This document shows, piece after piece, positions 1 to 7,936 of a DNA stretch of 64,000 bases; position 1 is the first letter of the stretch; every line of letters starts with the position of its first letter. Under the pieces are notes generated by a model. That model was not told the DNA's origin, ran no database searches, and worked only from the letters and a program-made list of their open reading frames with translations. The stretch is from a virus. Taxonomy: Duplodnaviria; Caudoviricetes. Location of the stretch: IMG/VR virus record IMGVR_UViG_3300028186_000155. One strand, 5' to 3'. The translations under genes were made by a program, and so were the position numbers.

Positions 1-68
1 TAGCGCAGTTCTTCCAGCGGGCTACCGTCTTTCAGAACCATGCGTGCGCCGGTCAGTTTGTTCAACAT
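1..68 (-). CDS. 5' end of a gene running off the window, probably the major capsid protein
   Basis: ATG at 68 with GGAGA RBS; reads MLNKLTGARMVLKDGSPLEELR; follows protease-scaffold-decoration genes. Product call rests on synteny only. Confidence 0.5.
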   Translation of the reverse strand, partial: MLNKLTGARMVLKDGSPLEELR

Positions 69-104
69 GTGTATTTCTCCAGAAATTTAAACGAAAGCGC
101 CGGA

Positions 105-842
105 TTAGGCGTTGGTGATTTTGACGACCAGCGGACCGTAAGACGCGGCGTCTTCGACCGGAGTTTGCAGCACGATAACGGTTTGCACGGTTTCACCGTT
201 GCCGGTGGTGGTGAACTTGCCGTCAACGCCCAGTTTTGGCTTGATCACGTTGGACCAGTCAGCAGCGGCGTCGTAGAAAGTGGTGGCCACGGATTCGGCG
301 CGGGTCAGAACGGCGATGCGCTCCAGTTCCGAGGAAGACAGGCCGCCGATTGGCGCGTCACCACGGATGGTTTTGGCTTCGGAAACCAGCGGTTCGTACA
401 TGAATTGCACGAACAATTCTTTGCCCTGATCACCAGCAACGGCAGGGGTGCCGCCGTTTTCCGGGGTGCCGGTGAAGAAGTACAGTTTCGAACCGACGCT
501 CTGCACTTTGCCTTCGACTGGGGCGCTGGCGGAAACTTCGAGAACGTCGCCGTCAACTTTCACCAGAATTTGGCCGTTCAGTGGAACGCGGGCCAGATCA
601 ACCACGCCGCTTTCTGGAACAACCACGCCGGAAACGATTTTCGGCAGGAAGGAAGGCGGGGTGTTACGGTTGACCGAAATACCGGCGAAGATTTCGCCAG
701 CAACGCCCTGCGATGGACGAACGTAGGTGCGACCGGCAACTTTCGAGTAGACCAGTGCTTGGCCGTCTTCGCGCAGATCCAGACCCGGTTCAACATCGCG
801 GAATTCGGTGTTGAAAGTGCGAGTGTATTTATCAACGATCAT
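105..842 (-). CDS. virion structural protein (head decoration/cement-like)
   Basis: 245 aa, rich in Gly/Val/beta-formers, GGAG RBS, lies between scaffold and probable MCP. Confidence 0.55.
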   Translation of the reverse strand: MIVDKYTRTFNTEFRDVEPGLDLREDGQALVYSKVAGRTYVRPSQGVAGEIFAGISVNRNTPPSFLPKIVSGVVVPESGVVDLARVPLNGQILVKVDGDVLEVSASAPVEGKVQSVGSKLYFFTGTPENGGTPAVAGDQGKELFVQFMYEPLVSEAKTIRGDAPIGGLSSSELERIAVLTRAESVATTFYDAAADWSNVIKPKLGVDGKFTTTGNGETVQTVIVLQTPVEDAASYGPLVVKITNA

Positions 843-857
843 TTGGAATTTCTCCGA

Positions 858-2834
858 TTAGCGGAACAGTTTCAAGCCTTGCAGCTTGCTTTGGAAGTTG
901 GAAGGTTGCGACTGCTGCGCCGAAGCGGTTGCGAGTTCGCTTTCCTGTTTTTGCACTTGTGCAGGAGTTTGCACCGGACGGCCCATCGACATTGCCGAAG
1001 ACGCGGTAGCAACCACATTTTTCGGTTCGATTTGGGTTACAGCGACCGCCATCTGATTCTGAATTACTTCGTCGTATTTCAGGATCTCACCAGCTTTAGC
1101 CAGAATGGCAGCGTGGTATTCCGGCGAGTTTTCGATGAATGCGCGTTGCAGCATTTCTTCCGCGCCCTGAATGCCGATGGATTCCAGCGAACTGGCCAAA
1201 GCGGTCATGATCGGGTTTTGCGTATCGCGGAAATAACCGGTATTGATACCGTGCGCGGCGGTGGCCAGTGCGCGGTTCATACGGTCGCCCAGCGTTTGCT
1301 GGTCACGGGCGCTGGCTTCGGCCAGTTGGGTGCCTTGATCGGCTACTTGAGTAGCGATTTGTTCGGCCACAACTTGATCGATTTGCAGAACCGGTTTGAT
1401 TTCTTCGAAACGCAGTTGAGTCAGCGCGGCTTGCACACCTTGTTCCGAGGCAACGGCAGTGAAAGCACGGCCAAACGACGGATCAGCGAAAGTGGCAGGG
1501 TTTTCCGAAGCCGATGCAACAGCTTTTGCGAAAGGAATGCCGTTGTGGAATGCCATCCAAGTAGGTTCGCCTTGAACGTTACCTACATAATTAACATCAA
1601 CAGATTTTCCTTTCATGTCGTTGGCTGCGATGGAAACGAAAGAGGCTTGGATTTCCACCGGGGCCGCTTCGGTTTGCTGTGCAGTTTGTTCGACATTTGC
1701 AGTTTCCACGTTGGTGGTTTCTGCGGCGCCGGTTTGTTCAGCGTTGGCAACGGCAGTTTCCTGTACGTTGGCAGCTGTTTGTTCGGCGTTTTCGGTTTGT
1801 TCTTGAGTTTCTTGCTCGGTCGCGCTGGCGGTAGCCATTTCTGGTTTTACCTTTTTACGAACGCCACCTTTTTTCGCTGGTTTGTCAGCGGCGGCGAGGC
1901 CCAAAGACAGGTCATCGTCGTCCTCTTCTTCGAGGTCGTCGTCTTCCTCTTCTTCCTCTTCGTCGTCTTCCTCTTCGTCGTCTTCAGATTCTTCATCTTC
2001 GTCGTCGAATTCTTCGTCGTCTTCTTCCTCTTCTTCATCATCGGAGGCAGTAGCGGCGAAATCAGCAGAAGCAACAGCTTTTTGTTCATCGCTGAACTCT
2101 TCTTCAGGATCTACAAGACCCATCGAAGTTACAGGGCAGAAAATTGCCTTGTCGCTGTTGGAGACGATGTGCATTTCCGGGCCGTCATCGCTGGCAGTTA
2201 CCAGATAATGCACTTTCAGTTTGCCGTTTTCGGCGCTGGAAGCTACGGCCAGTTGTGGCACATAGTTTTCAACGGCTTCAGCAGCGGTTGCACGGAAAAT
2301 GTCGAAGTTCACAGGCTGGTTCGAAACCACCGTGTGATCAACGCATTGTGCGGCGAAAGTCTCGCAGTTACCGCTGGCCAGTGCGCGGAAAGCTTCGATA
2401 GCTTCAGCACGCGTGGCAGCAACAGCAACCAGCATTTCTTTCGGTTGTGGTTTGTTTTTCAAGTCGGCGTCTTCCATTTTGGGGAGGTCGGAAGCGCAAG
2501 CCGGGCATTTATCCAACAGTTCAATACTGTCTGCGATAACGTGAGCGCCGCAACCCGAGGAACAAGCCTGATAGAATGCGTCCATATCGCCATCGGCGGA
2601 TGCGGTCGCTACCATTTCGTGCTTTTCGTCTTCCGGCACGGCCACCATTTCTTCCCCGTCAACGGGGTTCAATAGTTGCATATCGGTGTTGGCGGTAGCG
2701 ATGGCAAATTCACCATCCTTGCTTTCCAAAACACGATATTCGCCGGAAGCAACGGCACTGAATTGCTCTACTGCTTGCTCTTGGTTGTCAGCCATAACGA
2801 CGATGCCGCGCAGGCGCGAATTTCGTTTCGACAT
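858..2834 (-). CDS. prohead core/scaffolding protein
   Basis: 658 aa, very acidic (long D/E tract), Ala/Gln-rich, about 15 x-[VTL]-A-S motifs, located in head module. Confidence 0.65.
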   Translation of the reverse strand: MSKRNSRLRGIVVMADNQEQAVEQFSAVASGEYRVLESKDGEFAIATANTDMQLLNPVDGEEMVAVPEDEKHEMVATASADGDMDAFYQACSSGCGAHVIADSIELLDKCPACASDLPKMEDADLKNKPQPKEMLVAVAATRAEAIEAFRALASGNCETFAAQCVDHTVVSNQPVNFDIFRATAAEAVENYVPQLAVASSAENGKLKVHYLVTASDDGPEMHIVSNSDKAIFCPVTSMGLVDPEEEFSDEQKAVASADFAATASDDEEEEEDDEEFDDEDEESEDDEEEDDEEEEEEDDDLEEEDDDDLSLGLAAADKPAKKGGVRKKVKPEMATASATEQETQEQTENAEQTAANVQETAVANAEQTGAAETTNVETANVEQTAQQTEAAPVEIQASFVSIAANDMKGKSVDVNYVGNVQGEPTWMAFHNGIPFAKAVASASENPATFADPSFGRAFTAVASEQGVQAALTQLRFEEIKPVLQIDQVVAEQIATQVADQGTQLAEASARDQQTLGDRMNRALATAAHGINTGYFRDTQNPIMTALASSLESIGIQGAEEMLQRAFIENSPEYHAAILAKAGEILKYDEVIQNQMAVAVTQIEPKNVVATASSAMSMGRPVQTPAQVQKQESELATASAQQSQPSNFQSKLQGLKLFR

Positions 2835-2896
2835 GGTTCACTCCATTAAGAGTTCGTGGGCTTTCACCTCACATTAAAAAATTACAAAGTTCAGAA

Positions 2897-3259
2897 TTAC
2901 AGCAATTTCAGCAGCAGCCCACGGACCTTCCGGCAAATGGCCTGCACCGAATGGTGTGCCGTATAACCTTCATAATTCGTGAGTTCGCCATTAATATTCG
3001 TTTCACCCTCATACCACCAATTCGTTTCTTCGCGGGTAAACCGAATAAATCCCGAACCCATATCAGAAACAAAATCGACGCGAGCGCTGTGATGCGGTTT
3101 GCCGTCCCCTTCTACGTCGTATTCAACCTTGCATTTGATCAGACCCTTTCGGATTTCTTGGATGCTGAACAAATGGTGCTTGAGCGACAATGGATCAAAG
3201 GTTTTAGGCAGATGCATTTCAGTTAATGGCGAGGCTGCTAAAGCAATCATCATTTCCAT
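2897..3259 (-). CDS. hypothetical protein with MMIALAAS N-terminal tag (probable internal virion protein)
   Basis: AGGAG RBS; TAATTTA motif upstream; N-terminus shared with 5069..6544 and 9877..11172. Confidence 0.6.
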   Translation of the reverse strand: MEMMIALAASPLTEMHLPKTFDPLSLKHHLFSIQEIRKGLIKCKVEYDVEGDGKPHHSARVDFVSDMGSGFIRFTREETNWWYEGETNINGELTNYEGYTAHHSVQAICRKVRGLLLKLL

Positions 3260-3284
3260 AGCAGTCTCCTTGGAGCTACAGGTT

Positions 3285-3291
3285 TAAATTA
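3285..3291 (-). promoter_or_regulatory. TAATTTA late-type promoter motif
   Basis: Same motif upstream of several structural genes; lies just downstream of a terminator. Confidence 0.5.
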
Positions 3292-3310
3292 GGGCAAACA
3301 GAAATTTTGG

Positions 3311-3352
3311 GCAAAAAAAAGCCCACTCAGGCGGGGGAACCTGAATGGGCTT
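3311..3352 (-). terminator. intrinsic terminator
   Basis: AAGCCCATTCAGG-loop-CCTGAGTGGGCTT followed by a T run. Confidence 0.85.
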
Positions 3353-3400
3353 AAATGCTGTGACATAAAGAGATAAAGCTAGCCTACCCTCGTAGACTAT
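3311..3400 (-). ncRNA. candidate ~90-nt small RNA
   Basis: TAATTTA motif at 3404-3410; 5' hairpin TAGTCTAC-GAGG-GTAGGCTA; U/C-rich linker; terminator. Confidence 0.3.
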
Positions 3401-3407
3401 GAATAAA

Positions 3408-3677
3408 TTAGCGACCTTTTACAAACTGCATATCCAGCACGAATGCTTCGTTTGCCGCCTGTTCGGCCAAAGTCAATTGGCCTTGGGTACGGCGTGGATT
3501 GCAGCACATAAAGCAGCCCGAACGCCCGCAATTAAATGCATTGCGTTTTGCCCACTTATTGGAGGGCTTAATACGGTCAGATGCGTGCGGATAGTTATTC
3601 CAATCTTTCACGTGCTTTGCAATCACGCGATTACGATTAGAAATACGCTGCTGTTTCGCCAGTTTATCAAACGACAT
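3408..3677 (-). CDS. small basic Cys4 protein (CGRSGCFMCCNPRR), putative Zn/RNA-binding
   Basis: 89 aa, K/R-rich; AGAGG RBS 7 nt upstream of ATG. Confidence 0.7.
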   Translation of the reverse strand: MSFDKLAKQQRISNRNRVIAKHVKDWNNYPHASDRIKPSNKWAKRNAFNCGRSGCFMCCNPRRTQGQLTLAEQAANEAFVLDMQFVKGR

Positions 3678-3682
3678 GATGT

Positions 3683-3736
3683 AGCCTCTACAGCGATGCC
3701 CGCCCCGGTATTGGAACGGGCTATCGTGTGTAGGCT
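3683..3736 (-). promoter_or_regulatory. RBS-sequestering RNA hairpin (candidate translational attenuator)
   Basis: Arms AGCCU..CGAU.GCCCGUUCC and GGGGCGGGCAUCG..AGGCU; G-U pairs favour the minus-strand RNA; 3' arm contains the SD of 3408..3677. Confidence 0.6.
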
Positions 3737-3763
3737 TTAAATGTCTGGACGTTCGTCATTCAT
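3737..3763 (-). CDS. leader micropeptide MNDERPDI
   Basis: ATG AAT GAC GAA CGT CCA GAC ATT TAA with AAGGTG RBS; stop codon abuts the hairpin. Confidence 0.55.
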   Translation of the reverse strand: MNDERPDI

Positions 3764-3773
3764 AAAACACCTT

Positions 3774-3902
3774 TTAGATATCGGGGCGAACGTCTTTTGG
3801 TGTGGCAATCACGCCAACGCCCGGACCCTGTTTGATACCGAGTTTCTCAGCACGTTCGCGGGCGGCTTTTGCTTTGCGATACATGATCAGAATTTCAGCC
3901 AT
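3774..3902 (-). CDS. 42-aa peptide ending KDVRPDI
   Basis: ATG at 3902 with AGGGA RBS, just after the protease stop. Confidence 0.6.
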   Translation of the reverse strand: MAEILIMYRKAKAARERAEKLGIKQGPGVGVIATPKDVRPDI

Positions 3903-3915
3903 TTTGTGTTCCCTG

Positions 3916-4725
3916 CTAGATGGATTTTGGATCAAGGATAATATCCCCGATTGCGCTAACATACGACGGATCACCGTAGCCCTGTTTGTAGCCGTCAACG
4001 CCCGAACGCCCACCCACATATTCCAGCAACGACAATTCGTAACCGGTAATGTTTTGGCAGCGACGATAAACCAGATTGCCATTAGGCATTTGATACGTTG
4101 GTTTGCGCGGGCGAGTGTGCGAACACGGATTGCCAACGCCTTTACCGGCCACATGGCCGCAAACCGAACAGGTATAACGGTTGTACAGCATGCCCATGGA
4201 ATAGGTATTCAAAACCCGATCCAAAACCAATTGGCAACGCTTAGGATCAAGGGTGCGATCCAGTGCCCCGAGCATTACCAGTTTTTGAATGTTTTTAAAC
4301 CGGGTTGGGCGCAGGTACGAACCGAGAATCAGACCACGAACCCATTCAGGTTGGTGCTGGTGCTCAACGTACATTGGGCGGCCTTCCCACGTTTTGTATG
4401 CGAGCCGTCCGCACGGTTCATTCCACGCAGTGAATTGCTTCAAATCTACCGAATCCCCGTTGGTATTGGGAATCATGGTGATCATTGCAGGAACCGCCAC
4501 CAGAATATAATCGCTGATATTCTTGGACAAACCGTGGTATTCCGCTGCACGTGGCAACCACACATTCGCTTCCAAGTTTTCAGCTTGATCAGTACCAGAA
4601 ATCGAAGCACTGATAGGCAATTGCCCGGCTTCGTTTAGGCGTGCACCGTGTAGCTCAGTGGTGATCGGCGTCCCCATATTGAACGCCGTGGCCACATAGT
4701 CATTGCCGTAAATGTCTTCGATCAT
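3916..4725 (-). CDS. prohead (maturation) protease, assemblin/HK97-type fold
   Basis: EHQH and YSMGMLYNRYTCSVCG (catalytic-Ser motif followed by CxxC), then ELS; head-module position. Confidence 0.7.
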   Translation of the reverse strand: MIEDIYGNDYVATAFNMGTPITTELHGARLNEAGQLPISASISGTDQAENLEANVWLPRAAEYHGLSKNISDYILVAVPAMITMIPNTNGDSVDLKQFTAWNEPCGRLAYKTWEGRPMYVEHQHQPEWVRGLILGSYLRPTRFKNIQKLVMLGALDRTLDPKRCQLVLDRVLNTYSMGMLYNRYTCSVCGHVAGKGVGNPCSHTRPRKPTYQMPNGNLVYRRCQNITGYELSLLEYVGGRSGVDGYKQGYGDPSYVSAIGDIILDPKSI

Positions 4726-5057
4726 TGCTTGCCCCCGGTGTAGTGATCACGTACCCACTGGCGAGCATCAGCAATTGCCATTTTGTTGGGATTATTCAGA
4801 GAAAGTAAACCTTCCTCAGATTGCGCAACGTGGACGTTTGGCTCTTCCTCATTGAATTCGTGGTCGTGATCAAACGGGTCGAATTGCTGATGGTGAAGTT
4901 TTGCGGTCCACATTGCAGTTTGTTGTGAACGATTTGCGCTTTCGTCAGGAACGGAGGCAAGGGTTGCAATGCGTTTATCGCCATCGCAAACCCATACCTT
5001 GGTGCGTTCAGTCATCGGCAAATGGCGTTCGTCAGGATCGCTCAGAAAAGTGAGCAT
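4722..5057 (-). CDS. hypothetical protein
   Basis: AGGAGG RBS; ATGA overlap with the protease gene. Confidence 0.7.
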   Translation of the reverse strand: MLTFLSDPDERHLPMTERTKVWVCDGDKRIATLASVPDESANRSQQTAMWTAKLHHQQFDPFDHDHEFNEEEPNVHVAQSEEGLLSLNNPNKMAIADARQWVRDHYTGGKQ

Positions 5058-5068
5058 TTTTCGCCTCC

Positions 5069-6544
5069 TTAAAGAACAGTGCGGTAATCGAAATCACCGT
5101 CAAAATGGATGTAATATCCATCGTCAATACTGCCGAGAGTGGCACGACCTTTCCCGTTGTCGTAGTGGTACGCGACTTGGCCATCGTTTTCGGTGGCACT
5201 CACGAAATACCCCATACGACGGAACATTTTTTCTAGGGATGGAACACCGCCCGCGCAGCTGAATGCCATGCCGTTTCCGCATTGACGGAAATCATCACAG
5301 TTGGCGAAACGCAGCAGGTATTTCAGGTCTTGGAAATTGTTCACGGTTTCCGAGGCACCTGCAAACATTTCGTCGCGGTGTTCTTGGAAATCGCGCACAG
5401 AGTGGTATTTCAGCAGGTCGGTTACATGATCCACGATCAGGCCAATGGTATCTTCGTCCGACATTTCCGGTTCTGCTTCGAAGTCGAAAACCGAATCGGA
5501 TGCAACTGCCAAATCACCTTGTTGTTCACGTTTTTCACGCGCTTTACGCTGGGCATCTTTGTACATGCGCGTCATGTTGTCGCGAGCGCTAATTGTGTTA
5601 ATGAAATCCAGTTCCTCTTTGGTCAGGGCTTCACCAGCTTCATGGCGCTTCAGCAAGGATTTATGGCGTTTACGATCAACGTCAGAAACGTTAAATTTGC
5701 CCGCTTTGTAATCCTTGTGCAAACGACCGGCTGCGCTTTGGCTCTTCGAATCGTCATCATCGAAGTTTTCGGTGCCCAGTGCTTTGCGTTCGTCGCGGCG
5801 TTTCTTCTCACGTGCGGCTTTCAGTTCGTTGATATCATCACGCAGGTTTTTGCCGTGTTTCGAACCGGCCCACATGTTGAACAACGTAACGCCCATCAGC
5901 ACGCCCAGCGGGGCCGCAGCCATGCCACACGCCATTACACCAGCACCCAGCAGGGCCATGGTTGCAATACCGCCCAAAACGCGGTGCATTGCGTGTTTCT
6001 GCGTGGTGCTCAGGTCGTCGGGGTGTTCCTTGCCGCTTACCAGATCACGCGTAGCGGCCAGCCCACGCCCGTACATGTTGGGCAGGCGTTTTGCTTCTTT
6101 GCCAACAGTCTTGACGATATCCTGCTTGTTTTTGGTGATATTGTCCGCAGCTTCGCGCAGGTGGCTATCGGTCACATGATCGAGCGCCTGCAACGAAGCC
6201 GGGTTAATCACCGCAGTATTCGCCTTGTTGAATTCCGCGATTTCTTTGCGGGTGTTAATGTGTTCAGCACGCTTTTTGCGTTTTTCCTGAATCTGATCCT
6301 CGGACATAAAGCGATCACGGCCAACAGGCGCCACCGCTTTAGTTTTCTGCCCGTCTTCCACGTTATCGGGATCGCCTTTGTGCATCAGGAACCGATAGGA
6401 GGAATGCGGATAAAGTTTCAGATAACGCTCACGCTGCGATTTGGAGAGTTTGAGGAATTCCCCTTTACTCAGGCGCTTTTGCCATGTCGCCATTTCTTGC
6501 ACATGGCTGTCATCTTTGAACGCCCACGCTAGAGCAATAATCAT
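5069..6544 (-). CDS. probable internal virion protein with a hydrophobic membrane hairpin
   Basis: MIIALA N-terminus; GGIATMALLGAGVMACGMAAAPLGVLMGVTLF segment; LAVASD site. Confidence 0.55.
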   Translation of the reverse strand: MIIALAWAFKDDSHVQEMATWQKRLSKGEFLKLSKSQRERYLKLYPHSSYRFLMHKGDPDNVEDGQKTKAVAPVGRDRFMSEDQIQEKRKKRAEHINTRKEIAEFNKANTAVINPASLQALDHVTDSHLREAADNITKNKQDIVKTVGKEAKRLPNMYGRGLAATRDLVSGKEHPDDLSTTQKHAMHRVLGGIATMALLGAGVMACGMAAAPLGVLMGVTLFNMWAGSKHGKNLRDDINELKAAREKKRRDERKALGTENFDDDDSKSQSAAGRLHKDYKAGKFNVSDVDRKRHKSLLKRHEAGEALTKEELDFINTISARDNMTRMYKDAQRKAREKREQQGDLAVASDSVFDFEAEPEMSDEDTIGLIVDHVTDLLKYHSVRDFQEHRDEMFAGASETVNNFQDLKYLLRFANCDDFRQCGNGMAFSCAGGVPSLEKMFRRMGYFVSATENDGQVAYHYDNGKGRATLGSIDDGYYIHFDGDFDYRTVL

Positions 6545-7616
6545 AGAAAAGATCCTGAATTGTGCGGTTCAGCACCACAATGTCGTTCGCCACATCGACC
6601 GGAATTTCTTGGCCAATGTACATACTTAACAAATTATCACGGTGCTTTGCCGCTTGTTTGAAGTAGCCCAATTGTTGGTAGCAGGCCATCAACATATGGT
6701 CTACCCACGGACCCGAATAATACTTGTCCTCGAAAATCATGTCGTATGCAGGACGTTCAAAATCGAGTGCGCTTTTGATTGTTGCAACCGCGTGTTCGTA
6801 GCGCTGGTGGCGGAAATAGAATTGCGCCAAATGGCAGTACGGTTCGCGGATGTTGTTGCAGTTTTGTATTGCGTGGCGGAACCACCATTCGACCGTGGAA
6901 AACTCTTCAGACATGGCGGCAATGCGCATGCAGCTTTCGGCCCGGAACGGTGCGTATTCTTCGATTTCGACGTGCTGTTGGTACAGCGAGGTCGCCATCT
7001 GGTAATTGCCCAGCGCATAATACTCACGCGCCAGATACTGAATATTGCGGGCGTCTTGCGGATTTTCAGATAGTGCGAGTTGCAGCAGATCGAGATAGTG
7101 CCCGGCTTCTTTCTCGGTTCCGTAGTGCACACAATGGATATCCAGCGTTGGCTTCAATCCGGTTTCGTGTGGCACCAGCAATTCGTGTACAGGGTATTGC
7201 CATGTAGCGCAATTACGGCGATGAATCGCGAGCCTTGGGTAAGATACGAGAATGTTACCCTGATCGTCATGATCATACACTAACGTATAGTTGGCCGAGG
7301 ACATTTCTTCAGTGAATTGATTTTCGACTACTTCCCGCCAATCGGGGGACAAACGTTCATCGAAATCCAGAGAAATGCAAACGTCGTAATCCTTCGGAAT
7401 ATATGATTGCGCTTCGTTTCGCGCATGGTCAAACCGGAAGGTTTTTCCAGTATGCAACTGGTGGACTACGGCGCCGCCTGCTTCCAGCAAGCCTATTGTG
7501 GCGTCTTTGCTGCCAGTGTCCAGCACAAAGATACCGTCTGCATCCTTCACGTTTTCCAGCCATTCGGAAACGTTGTGTTGCTCATTCTTCGCAATCGCGT
7601 ACACGGCAATTTTCAT
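6510..7616 (-). CDS. GT2-family glycosyltransferase with C-terminal TPR repeats
   Basis: IAKNE, LDTGSKD, FDHARN, SLDFDE, VHE motifs, then YLAREYY-type TPR helices. Confidence 0.85.
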   Translation of the reverse strand: MKIAVYAIAKNEQHNVSEWLENVKDADGIFVLDTGSKDATIGLLEAGGAVVHQLHTGKTFRFDHARNEAQSYIPKDYDVCISLDFDERLSPDWREVVENQFTEEMSSANYTLVYDHDDQGNILVSYPRLAIHRRNCATWQYPVHELLVPHETGLKPTLDIHCVHYGTEKEAGHYLDLLQLALSENPQDARNIQYLAREYYALGNYQMATSLYQQHVEIEEYAPFRAESCMRIAAMSEEFSTVEWWFRHAIQNCNNIREPYCHLAQFYFRHQRYEHAVATIKSALDFERPAYDMIFEDKYYSGPWVDHMLMACYQQLGYFKQAAKHRDNLLSMYIGQEIPVDVANDIVVLNRTIQDLFYDYCSSVGVQR

Positions 7617-7933
7617 TACTTGACCCGCTCTTTATCGAAAGTCGAAATGCTGTCCATAATGGTCTTCACCAACTCGACGGCACCGGTTTCATTCGGCGCA
7701 GCTTTGAGGTCGCGAGGCCACTTCACATTGCGATAGTCGTTGTTGGTTTTTACGTCCGAAATGCCCCACGCTTCGGACTTTTCCAGTGTCACTACAGCCA
7801 GCCCATTGCGAGTGTCGTACACCATCAGGCTCAGGCGTGGCAACACTCCCTCTTTTTCGTGATGCTCCACAACTTTTACATCGTAGTTGTAATCACGGGC
7901 TAACATGGATTGGACTAGGGGTACGGTGTTCAT
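7616..7933 (-). CDS. hypothetical protein
   Basis: 105 aa, TAATG-coupled to the GT2 gene. Confidence 0.65.
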   Translation of the reverse strand: MNTVPLVQSMLARDYNYDVKVVEHHEKEGVLPRLSLMVYDTRNGLAVVTLEKSEAWGISDVKTNNDYRNVKWPRDLKAAPNETGAVELVKTIMDSISTFDKERVK

Positions 7934-7936
7934 TGG

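Noticed and set aside
1900-2045. (TCT/TCG)n low-complexity tract
   Set aside because: Simply encodes the Asp/Glu tract of the scaffold.
3774-4154. 126-aa version of the RPDI ORF
   Set aside because: Overlaps the protease by about 240 nt; the ATG at 3902 has an RBS and no overlap.
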